This document shows, one piece after another, positions 7,196 to 16,442 of a DNA stretch of 27,716 nucleotides. Every line of letters begins with the position of its first letter. Positions within the stretch are counted from its first letter, which is position 1. The notes under the pieces are model-generated. The model made no database searches and was not told the DNA's origin. It worked only from the letters and a program-made list of their open reading frames with translations. A program made the position numbers and the translations under genes. Origin of the DNA: a virus (taxonomy: Duplodnaviria > Heunggongvirae > Uroviricota > Caudoviricetes); the IMG/VR virus record IMGVR_UViG_2938709436_000001, positions 1-27,716 of that record. The stretch is one strand, 5' to 3'.

Positions 7196-9334
7196 TTAAG
7201 TCCTTTCGCTGTATACTACCGGATTTGTCGAAACAAGCGCCGTATTGTCTGGTGTAGCTGTCTGAATTGGATCAGCAATATCCAGATAGAATGGCGTTGT
7301 CCAAGCACCGTTTTGGTATGGAGCACGGATAACCGTTGTCTTCAGATCGGCACCACCTGCACCCGCCCCCGGAATTGTCAACTGGAGACCTGCGGATTTA
7401 AACGCACGGGTCGCCCAAGGTTGGCTCACTCCAGAATCAGCAGCACATTGGATGGTCTTAGATCCTACCGTGGTTGCACGGATAAAATCGTTGGCCTCAA
7501 TGTAAGAACCGCCTGTTTCCACCACGAACAAACCACCAGTCTTTTTCAAGATGATGTCACCCTTGACAAACTCTTTACCTTGTGGGAAAAGGTCATTGTC
7601 AGCGATGTAAATGTTCCCGGCGTTAAGCAATGTTACACCACGGTTACCATTGGTCTTTGAGTGCTGAACGACATCAAAGTTACAACCATAAGTCGTAACG
7701 TGGTCGAATCCAACCTGACCAAAGCTTCCATTTGCAACACCGTTTGCATCAAGGCTGTTGATATTCAGGATCTCAGCAGAACACCAAGCCCAGCGTTTCA
7801 TAGCTCCACCTGCTTCACCCTGTCCTGCTTCGTAGTCACCGATACCATCAAACTTATTACAACGGATATCTGCAAGACGAAGACGGGAAACAAGGCCACG
7901 GTATTTGAAGGTGTCACATTCAACATCCTCAACCGTCACAGTGTTGGTCCAATCATCTTTAGCACTGACAGGGATATCAACCAGTCCTGTGTGGGTTCTG
8001 ACGTTTCTCAACGTAAAGTCACGACATGGAGCAGCGTATGTCCCTGCGTTCACACCCCAACCGAAGTAGATGAAACGAGTAGCCCCGTTTACCATTTCAC
8101 CACGAACACCATCAATGATGAAGTCCTTAGATCCGTAGCAAACAACACCGCCGGATGCCAGAAGTGTCCCGTTAGAAACGGAAGCGTCTGGGTAAACCTC
8201 TACGTTCTCTACCTTGAAATCTCGGCAAAGTTCGAAGTGGATACACTGACGTACACGACGCATCTTGACATTACGAATGATGATCCCACTGACGTACTGG
8301 TCATCGGAAGCGTTAGCACCGTATGGACCCTGACCAGCAACACCGATACCGATACCCCAGTTAGGAGAGTTGTCTGTGTTGTTGATGTTGTCAATGTTGA
8401 TATCTTCGATTGTCAAACCACCTGCTTTGTAGTGACGGTTAACAACGTTACACTCAATCGCATCGCCTGTCAAATCATTGAAGTTCAGTCGAGCAAAACG
8501 AGCACGGGTGATCAGAGCACCAGTACCTTGTTGCAGGATACCGTATTTACATCCACGGAAATCACTGTCAAGAATGTCGATTGTACCATCAATAGGAAGT
8601 GCCTGAATCAGCATTGCTGCGGTATTGGTGTTGTTCACCCACGCAGAGTCAGTGATGATTAGTCGTCCACCATAGTGTCGGGTACAAACCCCGGTAAAGG
8701 TAGTCCAACGGAATGTACTGTTTGACAAGTACATATACCGGTTACCACCGGACTGGTTGAATGCACCACCATACCACTCTACACCGTCGATGTAAACACT
8801 TGTCTCAAGCGTAAGTTCCCATCCCCAGGCAAGGATAGCCTTCTTATTGGTCTTCGCATAAGCAACCATTGCAGTCACTGCTTCGGTTGTTGATGGATAT
8901 TTCCCAACAAACTGAGAAGGGGTTACAAATCCATCGAGGGATTGCGCCACCGTCCCGGCAGGACCACCAACGTAAGTTGACCCATTGATCCCAGCAAGGT
9001 CTCCACGGAGAGAAGGATCGTTAACAGACCACCCTCCTGTGCCAACACCCCCGGTGCTTTCTGGGGTTGAGTTAGCAGGGACCAGCTTAGGATAAGCACC
9101 CGTCCACTGATACACCTTGTTAGTTGTGCGGTCAATTACCTGGTCCTTAGCGGAAGTCAGCGTACCACCATCCTGGAATGAGAACATGCGCATAACACCG
9201 AAGCGAGAAAACAGGCTTGACCATGTGGATTTACGTGTAGCATCCGACTGGTCAACAACCAGAAAATCTCCCTCGAAAGAATCCGTCGCGGTCGGTAGGT
9301 CCGAAATCTTGACGGTAGGTAATAGATCTGCCAT
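7196..9334 (-). CDS. Tailspike depolymerase, likely colanic-acid degrading (phi92 colanidase-like)
   Basis: 712 aa. N-terminal anchor plus tailspike head-binding module (FQDGGTL...YQWTGAYPKLVPANSTPESTGG) followed by right-handed beta-helix repeats (GDAIECN, IGIGVAG, QCIHFE) resembling, from memory, phage colanidases and WcaM. Substrate is inferred. Confidence 0.75.
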   Translation of the reverse strand: MADLLPTVKISDLPTATDSFEGDFLVVDQSDATRKSTWSSLFSRFGVMRMFSFQDGGTLTSAKDQVIDRTTNKVYQWTGAYPKLVPANSTPESTGGVGTGGWSVNDPSLRGDLAGINGSTYVGGPAGTVAQSLDGFVTPSQFVGKYPSTTEAVTAMVAYAKTNKKAILAWGWELTLETSVYIDGVEWYGGAFNQSGGNRYMYLSNSTFRWTTFTGVCTRHYGGRLIITDSAWVNNTNTAAMLIQALPIDGTIDILDSDFRGCKYGILQQGTGALITRARFARLNFNDLTGDAIECNVVNRHYKAGGLTIEDINIDNINNTDNSPNWGIGIGVAGQGPYGANASDDQYVSGIIIRNVKMRRVRQCIHFELCRDFKVENVEVYPDASVSNGTLLASGGVVCYGSKDFIIDGVRGEMVNGATRFIYFGWGVNAGTYAAPCRDFTLRNVRTHTGLVDIPVSAKDDWTNTVTVEDVECDTFKYRGLVSRLRLADIRCNKFDGIGDYEAGQGEAGGAMKRWAWCSAEILNINSLDANGVANGSFGQVGFDHVTTYGCNFDVVQHSKTNGNRGVTLLNAGNIYIADNDLFPQGKEFVKGDIILKKTGGLFVVETGGSYIEANDFIRATTVGSKTIQCAADSGVSQPWATRAFKSAGLQLTIPGAGAGGADLKTTVIRAPYQNGAWTTPFYLDIADPIQTATPDNTALVSTNPVVYSERT

Positions 9335-9343
9335 TAATTCCTC

Positions 9344-12133
9344 TTATCTTGTAAGGTTTCTGTACATAGCATACAGCCCAAATCCTCGTAACAGTTCCCC
9401 GGCGTGGAAGCCAAAGAACATCCCGTTATCAGTATCTGCACGAGGAGCAACAGACCAGCTACCATTCATCGGGTGATTGGCAGTAAGAATGATGTAGTTC
9501 TCCTGGATTAGGCTGAAACAACGCTCTGCCACCATGTCGATATTAGGAATGCGATCACGCATACCTGCCATTCCCAGAATTGAACAACCTCCCATGAATA
9601 ACGCCGACATGTGGCTTGTAAAGTCATCCTCTGGTGCCAGAACAGTACCATCAGGGTTAAAGATTGTCGGAGTACGACCCTCATTGTTATCCTGAAACCA
9701 TTTCAGGTAGTCAACCCAGTTCTTCGCAACAGTAAACAGCTTGCTAGGAATTGACTCGCCACGTTGAGATAGTTCGTAGATGCAACGACACACACAGAAG
9801 AATGCACGAGCCTCATAGCCGTCCCACGCCTTCTCGTTCCAATGTTTCATGGTGAAGGTGTTTGGCTCTCCGTACTTACGGGCATCCCAACGATCCCATA
9901 CAAACGCCTGTGCCATAGGACCTGGCATAACAGGGTGGAATGTGTTATAAAACCACATCTGGGAATCGTACAGGAAGTCAATCGTGTTATTCAGTCGTGT
10001 CCAGTCGATGTTCTGACCTTTGAAGCAGTACAGAGTGGGGTACTGATACCCTGGGTATGGAAGTCCACGCCACCCATCATAAAGCGCCGTATTAGGGTCA
10101 CTAATGTTGGAGAACGGGATCAGACCCGGAGTGTAATACAGGCTGTTAAGCTTGTAGTCGATGATCGTACAGTCACCCAGTTTAGCATTATAGGCATTGT
10201 CTCCGGACACGGTGATACGGAAATACATCGTGTAGTCGTCGCCACCTGTTGAGGTGTACAATTCAGGAACTGCGTTGATGCAATACCAGTCAATTTTAGC
10301 ACTAACCCCATCGACAGGATCTGTATCTGGAGCCAGGTTAATCTGCTTCAGGTTATGAAGGCTGATCTGGTTTGGCTTAGGATCTGTTTCCGGATGGTCA
10401 GGCTGATAACTGCTTAGTACAAAGTTAGCAGGTGTCAGATTCAGAGTTGTCCATTCCCCGTTGGAAGCAGGGACCATAGCCCACCATCTCCACAGGTTAT
10501 CGTCTGTGATCGTGATGTTGAAGTTATCAGCATAAGAACGATAAGTGAATGCGGAAAGATCCGCAGTCTCAGTATCTGTCAGCCAAAAACCGATTGTACA
10601 ACCACCATCTGCATCAGTCACAAGCGTACACGCTTGGTCATTGATTCTCCCAAGGATACCTGTCTGGTACTGGAAGTCAATAACTGTGTTTGTTCCCCAA
10701 TCGACAACAATACGGGGGTCTGCTACAATGTAGCTACCACCACCCGGAGGTGTTAATCTCACAAAGTTTGACAGGGGGATATCCATTGAAACGATAGAGT
10801 CAGTACCGCGTGGAAGACCACAACGATAAGTCACTCTCCCTGTTTCAGATTTTGTCTTGTTAAGGTCAAGCTCTGGTCGGAACAACAGGCCATTACCTGC
10901 ATCATCTTTCCCGGAGAACTGAACTCGCAGTTTTGATGTGCCGTCAACACGGAACCAGATAGCCTGCTGCTCAAGTGTTGTTTGTGCTGCAACTGTTTGA
11001 CGAATACCAATATAACCTTCAGAGTCACGAGAATACTGAGGAATTGCTGTTGACGGATATGAGTAGTCGTAGCTGATCCCGTCTGTAAACGGAATGGTCG
11101 CAAATGTGGATTTGCGGAAGAACTTATCGAAACGGTCAATGTCCGAATAGTTGTCACAAACGATCAGTGAAGATTGCCAGCAGAGCCAGTATTTTCTTTC
11201 CCCAGTGATCTGATACATTACATAGTTGGCATCACACCACCATGTTTCTGCATCAGAGGCGTTATCCTGGAAACCCATCTCGATAGGCACGTTGACCGGG
11301 CGGTTGTGCCACATGGTGTTTCTGTCCATCAGGTAGCCACCATGCTCAACAGGGTTACAGGTCGCATAGTTGAACTTGTAATTTCCTGTGATTGTGGTAT
11401 CTTTCAGTTGAACCGTACCCCACTGAGATTCTGGAAGACCCTCTTCAAGAATGTTACCATCCCAGTCAACCTTACGTCCAAGGCGGTCAATGATCCAATC
11501 TACGTCCCACTGAGAACCATATTCGTCCCAGTTTGTGCTGCCGTCAGGATTCTCTTTGTAAACTGTTGCGTTAACAGAGTTCCAACCAAGGTTTCCGTCG
11601 AAAGCAAACCACGCCTTGTCAAGGTATTCACCCCAGTTTGGAGCACCATGAGGGATAAGTGTCTTACCGTTTGTCCATGTCATGACACTCCCCTTGAAAC
11701 CACCGTGTGTTGGGTAGCCGTCATCGGTAAGTGGGTAATGTGCCAGACGTGGTTCTTTTCCGTTGATGATCCAGTTTGGGCGATAAACTGCTGGAGGATC
11801 TGGAATAGGCTGACCAGCAAAGAACCAGTCGATATATGCCTGCCAATATTCCTCTGCAAGCTCTAAATATTTAGGATCGTTGGAGGCGAGATAGGCATAA
11901 GCACAACCGAGGATCAGCACTGACTGACCCTCTGTGGTTGCGTCACCATTTGGCTGGGCTTCCTGCGCCGTCCAGTTGATGAAGTGGCGGTTGTTAGCCA
12001 GAACATTTTGTAGGTTCAGAATATAGTGCTGAACTGTAGGATCGATTGTCTCCCCGGTGTTTCTCTGAAGAAACTGAATGTGTCCGTCGATCAACTGAAA
12101 CACATTATCAATGTTGTGGCTTAACTTTGCCAT
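9344..12133 (-). CDS. Large tail-associated protein with GH8-like (alpha/alpha)6 catalytic motifs and CBM-like insertions
   Basis: 929 aa. Motifs ATTEGQS (E68), DNASDAETWW (D294) and DGYEAR (E774) occur in GH8 order; central beta-rich region with W/IPxxxF motifs. Start overlaps the stop of the upstream gene (TAATG). Confidence 0.7.
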   Translation of the reverse strand: MAKLSHNIDNVFQLIDGHIQFLQRNTGETIDPTVQHYILNLQNVLANNRHFINWTAQEAQPNGDATTEGQSVLILGCAYAYLASNDPKYLELAEEYWQAYIDWFFAGQPIPDPPAVYRPNWIINGKEPRLAHYPLTDDGYPTHGGFKGSVMTWTNGKTLIPHGAPNWGEYLDKAWFAFDGNLGWNSVNATVYKENPDGSTNWDEYGSQWDVDWIIDRLGRKVDWDGNILEEGLPESQWGTVQLKDTTITGNYKFNYATCNPVEHGGYLMDRNTMWHNRPVNVPIEMGFQDNASDAETWWCDANYVMYQITGERKYWLCWQSSLIVCDNYSDIDRFDKFFRKSTFATIPFTDGISYDYSYPSTAIPQYSRDSEGYIGIRQTVAAQTTLEQQAIWFRVDGTSKLRVQFSGKDDAGNGLLFRPELDLNKTKSETGRVTYRCGLPRGTDSIVSMDIPLSNFVRLTPPGGGSYIVADPRIVVDWGTNTVIDFQYQTGILGRINDQACTLVTDADGGCTIGFWLTDTETADLSAFTYRSYADNFNITITDDNLWRWWAMVPASNGEWTTLNLTPANFVLSSYQPDHPETDPKPNQISLHNLKQINLAPDTDPVDGVSAKIDWYCINAVPELYTSTGGDDYTMYFRITVSGDNAYNAKLGDCTIIDYKLNSLYYTPGLIPFSNISDPNTALYDGWRGLPYPGYQYPTLYCFKGQNIDWTRLNNTIDFLYDSQMWFYNTFHPVMPGPMAQAFVWDRWDARKYGEPNTFTMKHWNEKAWDGYEARAFFCVCRCIYELSQRGESIPSKLFTVAKNWVDYLKWFQDNNEGRTPTIFNPDGTVLAPEDDFTSHMSALFMGGCSILGMAGMRDRIPNIDMVAERCFSLIQENYIILTANHPMNGSWSVAPRADTDNGMFFGFHAGELLRGFGLYAMYRNLTR

Positions 12134-12807
12134 TACTCAACTCCTGCCATAATGAGGGAGCCGAACCATGTGTTCCCTCCGTCATAAGTGACGAACTGGA
12201 AGATGTCTCGTACTCCGGTTTTGTATGAAAGAACTGGTAGTCGTCCATAGTTCCACTTAATGTTGCTAGGCCATGAGACAAGGTTTGCACCTGTTCCTTG
12301 AGTCAAGGACAGAGTGAATGTCTGAGACACGCCTTGTGCTGTGGATGGGTTTGTGATACCAACCACACACTGCCCCGTAGTTAAGTTCGCAAGGAAAGAG
12401 TCTCCCAGTGTCAAGTTACAAGTTGCGGTTCCTTGGACGTTACCAAGATTCACAACCTTACCTGTGGAACTACCCCCACCACTTGCACCAAACTCCTGCC
12501 AAGCGTTAGAACTAATACCCCCGGTGGTTGCCGGGGATGAAGACATTGGAATTGTCTTTGGATAAGTACCGTTCCATGTGTAATACTTACCGTCAGTCGC
12601 AAAGAAGGCGAGGTCCTTTTTAGATTCAAGGAAACCGCCTTCAGCAAAGAAGATTACCTTAGTCAGGCTCATTTTGGAAACGATTGTATCCAGAGAGGCC
12701 TTTCTTGTGGTATCGGACTGATCAGCAACAACAAAATCGCCACCGGAAACGGTGACGGCAGTTGGAAGGTCAGAGACCTTCACTGTTGGAAATGCAACAT
12801 CTGCCAT
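12133..12807 (-). CDS. Short tail fibre/adapter protein
   Basis: 224 aa. N-terminal ~105 aa paralogous to the 712-aa tailspike, GASGGGSS linker, C-terminal domain LTQGTGANLVSWPSNIKW...DIFQFVTYDGGNTWFG. Confidence 0.8.
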   Translation of the reverse strand: MADVAFPTVKVSDLPTAVTVSGGDFVVADQSDTTRKASLDTIVSKMSLTKVIFFAEGGFLESKKDLAFFATDGKYYTWNGTYPKTIPMSSSPATTGGISSNAWQEFGASGGGSSTGKVVNLGNVQGTATCNLTLGDSFLANLTTGQCVVGITNPSTAQGVSQTFTLSLTQGTGANLVSWPSNIKWNYGRLPVLSYKTGVRDIFQFVTYDGGNTWFGSLIMAGVE

Positions 12808-12817
12808 TATTTACCCC

Positions 12818-13435
12818 TTAGTGGTTGCGGTTGATGGACTTACCATCTTCAGTGGTGATGACATTATTCTTATCATCCATCAGGCTACCTACCGGAATTG
12901 GGTTATCAATATCCGTACCAGCCCAGGTGTTCCACCATGTAGCATCGCCAGTGCGAGGCAGACGGAAGTTGATCAGGTAGTAAAGCTTGTTAGCCCACGT
13001 AATCCAACCATCATCGTCACAAAGAACCGTTGCACCTTCATCAGGGATTGGGTAAGAATACTCATCCTGTCCCACGAATGCAAGTCTAACAACCTCTTGC
13101 TCTTTGGTGGTCACTTCGAAGAAAGCTTGATAACTACGTGTGGTACGATCCATTGAAGAATGGAACGAGGTGATCTCAAGCACATCCGGCTCAAGACGGG
13201 TTACTTCCTTGATCTTATTGTCAAGGACTGTTTTCATTACCTTCTTGCTCAGATATGCTCGGTATGGGAAACCAAAGGTCTCATCAAAATACCAGTCACC
13301 AGCCCAGATATTGAAACGAAGCCATAGTCTTTGACGAAGGCTTGTCTGGTTTGATTCGATAATCTGAAGGCCCGTGGAGACATCAAGGTCTCCAGTTACC
13401 GGGTCCATTAGAAGGTCAGAATAAAGAGTTGCCAT
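12818..13435 (-). CDS. Baseplate protein, gp25-like sheath initiator
   Basis: SLRQRLWLRFNIWAGDWYFDETFGFPY...IKEVTRLEPDVLEI pattern; follows the spike gene. Confidence 0.75.
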   Translation of the reverse strand: MATLYSDLLMDPVTGDLDVSTGLQIIESNQTSLRQRLWLRFNIWAGDWYFDETFGFPYRAYLSKKVMKTVLDNKIKEVTRLEPDVLEITSFHSSMDRTTRSYQAFFEVTTKEQEVVRLAFVGQDEYSYPIPDEGATVLCDDDGWITWANKLYYLINFRLPRTGDATWWNTWAGTDIDNPIPVGSLMDDKNNVITTEDGKSINRNH

Positions 13436-13444
13436 TTATTCCCC

Positions 13445-14146
13445 TTATGCATTAGGTCGGGCAGTATCACTCTGACCAGAACCATCTGTCCAAGTGTAGT
13501 GGTGGGTGTGACGCATGAAGTAGTCATAGAAATCATTCATGTTAACACCACGGGCAGTGATCAAGTTCCCATCAGGAGTGATCTTTGCACCATTCATTTC
13601 GATATTACCATCTGTCTTTGCAGTCAGTGTTGCTGCGCCATTTGTGAATTGCATCTGTCCAGACTTATCCACCTTGAATGTACCGACAGGACCTGTTAAG
13701 ATAAAGTCACCATCCGGAGTCATGGACAAGTGGACTTTATCGTTCCATAACTCCACGTTGTCCGGGTGAATGGTCATTGCGTTTCCGTCACTATGAACAC
13801 CGATGATTGACCACCCAGGAAAAAGACCATGAGTTGTTGTGTCGTTGGCATCGCCCTCATTTCGTTCAGAGAACGATAAGCCCACAATGTCACCAGGCTT
13901 CACAGGAAGCGTCAGGCGAGCTTTTCCTGAGTTAGCTGAAGGCATGGATAGGGGGACATCAAAAACCGCAGGGTAAGCGTCTACGGTGCCGTCATCGAAG
14001 TTTGTTGAAGCCAGTGGTTGTACCGTTGCAGAAGGAATGCTATAATCCACATCCACAACCCTTGCTCGAAGGCCTGTGTGGATATCACGAGCTTGACGAG
14101 CAAACCATTGGTTGAGTGCAGCATCCATACGTTGAATTGATGCCAT
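13445..14146 (-). CDS. Baseplate central spike (phi92 gp138/P2 gpV-like)
   Basis: N-terminal OB-fold-like region (LTLPVKPGDIVGLSFSER), beta-helix repeats, C-terminal HxH (RHTHH) metal-binding apex. Confidence 0.88.
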   Translation of the reverse strand: MASIQRMDAALNQWFARQARDIHTGLRARVVDVDYSIPSATVQPLASTNFDDGTVDAYPAVFDVPLSMPSANSGKARLTLPVKPGDIVGLSFSERNEGDANDTTTHGLFPGWSIIGVHSDGNAMTIHPDNVELWNDKVHLSMTPDGDFILTGPVGTFKVDKSGQMQFTNGAATLTAKTDGNIEMNGAKITPDGNLITARGVNMNDFYDYFMRHTHHYTWTDGSGQSDTARPNA

Positions 14147-15135
14147 TATTCCTCCACAATGCCACCACGGGTTTCAGCAAGGCCGATCTCAGACACCCAA
14201 TCGCCACCTTCAAGTTGACCTTTATGGGTAAGATAAACGACCTTATAGAAGCCTGTGTATTTCTGGCTCTTCAAATAAATTGTGCTCTCAGGAATGATCG
14301 CACCGTTAAGTTCAGTTACGACAACAAGACCTGCGTCCTCTTTGATCTCTGCACGGCTTGGCCCTTTGTTGGCCTTAGGTTTGCTTTTTGATTTACTCTT
14401 CTTCTCCAGACGACGCTTTGCAGGCTCTGGGTTCTGAGGAGTAGGGGAATCATGCATACCAGATTCAGCACTGATTTCAAATACCGCATTACGGAATCTC
14501 TTGCCCTGTGTGGTCCAGTACACAGCACCGTCTTGAACACTGAAAGTCGATCCGGTATTCTTGGCAAGGCGTTCGAGGTTGTTTGCAGCGTTTCCAGTAA
14601 AGGCCATAGATTGTTGAAGAGTCTGGTTACCGAACTTCACCACCTTTCCAATGGGTAGTTTGAGGTCAGATATAAGATCATTCAACACAGTATCCATAGG
14701 CGTCCCTTTCTTGTAAGATCGGGCTGTCTTCGCTGTCATAATGTTTGTTGTCGCATCACCAAGGATCATCTTGGTTTGACGGGTATTGCCATCCCACTTA
14801 TCCTGAACAAACTCCACTGTCCCGGAGAAGATTGTCTGGTTTTCACCATCGAACCCTGCCTCCAGAACAATAGCAATCGACTCACGCTGGTTAGCATCAA
14901 GATAGCTTACCGTTTCATCAGACAGGTTGTAAAGGGTGATATACCCTTTGTTAGGGTCTTTTGAGTTATCTTTCTTCACCTCGAACTCGATGTTAGCGGC
15001 CCCTGTCTCGTTACTGACAACGTAGGCATCTTTCGTGTTCTGGTTGGTGTAGTCAGAAATGTTCGTTGGCTTTTGCCCGATGTATACTGGCTTGCCAATA
15101 GTAAGTCTGAATGTTCGTGTTCTGTAAGAAGGCAT
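14146..15135 (-). CDS. Baseplate hub (T4 gp27/Mu gp44-like)
   Basis: 329 aa immediately upstream of the spike; IEFEVKKD...ITLYNLS and LEAGF...IFSGTV motifs. Confidence 0.8.
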   Translation of the reverse strand: MPSYRTRTFRLTIGKPVYIGQKPTNISDYTNQNTKDAYVVSNETGAANIEFEVKKDNSKDPNKGYITLYNLSDETVSYLDANQRESIAIVLEAGFDGENQTIFSGTVEFVQDKWDGNTRQTKMILGDATTNIMTAKTARSYKKGTPMDTVLNDLISDLKLPIGKVVKFGNQTLQQSMAFTGNAANNLERLAKNTGSTFSVQDGAVYWTTQGKRFRNAVFEISAESGMHDSPTPQNPEPAKRRLEKKSKSKSKPKANKGPSRAEIKEDAGLVVVTELNGAIIPESTIYLKSQKYTGFYKVVYLTHKGQLEGGDWVSEIGLAETRGGIVEE

Positions 15136-15138
15136 TGA

Positions 15139-15489
15139 TTACTCCTCGTCAGTTAACTCTTCGTCAGGAGATGAATAAAGGAGTTGCAAGTCAGACAAGA
15201 ATCCGATATTGTATCTACCAACACGTTTGGTTGACTGTGTAAAAGAAAAGACACGCAGTTGTCCGGATGGGATGTTTTCCAAGTATTTAAACGGAGCAAA
15301 GATGTCAAAAATGGTTGTAAGTTTAAAAGAGATTGTTGGTGTTTGACCAACATCACCAAAGGAAACGAGCCAAGACTCATCTCGCTCGTTCCATTGGAAG
15401 CGCATTTCATAGGTTTGACTGTCCAGAACCACACGCATGGTCTGGTCAGCGAAGCCGTCAATGTCCCATGAGAAAGTAATAGCTGACAT
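15139..15489 (-). CDS. Small baseplate protein (plug-like)
   Basis: 116 aa; LDSQTYEMRFQWNERDESW pattern; conserved slot between Dit-like and hub genes. Confidence 0.7.
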   Translation of the reverse strand: MSAITFSWDIDGFADQTMRVVLDSQTYEMRFQWNERDESWLVSFGDVGQTPTISFKLTTIFDIFAPFKYLENIPSGQLRVFSFTQSTKRVGRYNIGFLSDLQLLYSSPDEELTDEE

Positions 15490-16361
15490 TAGTTCCCCAC
15501 TGCTTTATTATAGTCCATAATTGAGCCGTCAGTACCACGGATTTTACCGTCCGGAGTAAGCGTACCAATAACCTGGTCTTGTTTGGTGAAGTTTCCGGAG
15601 TCCATGCTCTCTGCAACCTTTTGCCATCCATCTTTGTTTGGGCCAGCAAACTTGGTGCGGCGAGCAGTTACCTCAACTTCATTATCTGTTGCTGAAGATT
15701 GTTGAGAACCTTTCTGCTTGGTCTTCCCACCAGACTTTTTAGGATCTGAGTAGACTGTCGCGAGGGCTGTTTTACCAAGGGTGAATGTACGGAATTCCGT
15801 AAACTCAAGCTGGAATACCAGCGCCGCACCATCAGAGTTGCTACGTGCAGCCTCCATTGAGGTGAGGATATAGTTCTCAATAATTTTGTCTTCGGTAACC
15901 AAAGTCACAATTTGACGATCAGTAATCAGACGTTCCAAGATCTCCAGAGCTTTTTCTGGACGACGAGAAGCAACCGGATTCTGGTCATCAGTATCTTTGT
16001 CAAGGTAGTTGTTTTCGATAAGGTAAACAGGAGATGAGTTCACTCTGGCACTGAAGGAGAATTTACCATCTTCAATAACACCGTGGTCACTAAATTTTAC
16101 CTTTTCTTCAACAGCATATGATGTTTTGTCAACTGTGCGTGTGTAAGAGTGTTGTTCAACAACGTCGAAAATGATCGCGAGGTCGTTGGTGTAGTTTTTG
16201 TCCTTGAGTTCTACGTTTCTACCGCCGTAGTTAAGACCACTGGCGAAGAGCGTATATTGCACCTCACCGCTGGCTTCCTGGGCTGTACTGACCTTTTTCT
16301 CGACGTTAGCCGTGGCCTTGCCCTGTTGCGGTTTGGACTGGTTGTTGGATACAAATGCCAT
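15489..16361 (-). CDS. Dit-like/tail tube initiator baseplate protein (about 290 aa; start revised to ATG 16361)
   Basis: SD GGGAGG before ATG 16361; the ORF-track start at 16415 coincides with a predicted -35 box. IFDVVEQHSY...SDHGV...LVTEDKIIENYILTS motifs; first gene after the tape measure. Confidence 0.8.
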   Translation of the reverse strand: MAFVSNNQSKPQQGKATANVEKKVSTAQEASGEVQYTLFASGLNYGGRNVELKDKNYTNDLAIIFDVVEQHSYTRTVDKTSYAVEEKVKFSDHGVIEDGKFSFSARVNSSPVYLIENNYLDKDTDDQNPVASRRPEKALEILERLITDRQIVTLVTEDKIIENYILTSMEAARSNSDGAALVFQLEFTEFRTFTLGKTALATVYSDPKKSGGKTKQKGSQQSSATDNEVEVTARRTKFAGPNKDGWQKVAESMDSGNFTKQDQVIGTLTPDGKIRGTDGSIMDYNKAVGN

Positions 16362-16386
16362 GAGTCCTCCCATTATACATGTTACG

Positions 16387-16415
16387 ATTTTATCATAAAT
16401 CTTGAGATAAAACAA
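16387..16415 (-). promoter_or_regulatory. sigma70-like promoter for the baseplate operon
   Basis: -35 TTGTTT, 17 bp, extended -10 TGaTAAAAT, directly after the TMP terminator. Confidence 0.55.
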
Positions 16416-16416
16416 T

Positions 16417-16438
16417 AAAAAAGGGGCCGAAGCCCCTT
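16417..16438 (-). terminator. Rho-independent terminator after the tape measure gene
   Basis: AAGGGGC-TTCG-GCCCC-TTTTTT. Confidence 0.85.
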
Positions 16439-16442
16439 TAAA

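Noticed and set aside
7661-8662. 333-aa plus-strand ORF antisense to the tailspike
   Set aside because: It is exactly in codon register with the sense gene, so it only needs the sense gene to lack TTA/CTA/TCA codons. No SD, promoter or protein-like composition.
7196-9334. Reading the tailspike as a captured host WcaM biosynthesis gene
   Set aside because: It has a phage tail-attachment N-terminus and sits in the baseplate cluster, which fits a virion depolymerase.
11190-11270. Exact GH8 signature match
   Set aside because: The motif reads ASDAE rather than the canonical A[ST]D[AG]D and the following residues diverge, so GH8 is reported as a likeness, not a confirmed family assignment.
11174-11866. 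230-aa plus-strand ORF inside the GH8-like gene
   Set aside because: In-register antisense shadow with no initiation signals.
16362-16415. ORF-track N-terminal extension of the Dit-like gene
   Set aside because: It spans the predicted promoter; the SD supports ATG 16361.
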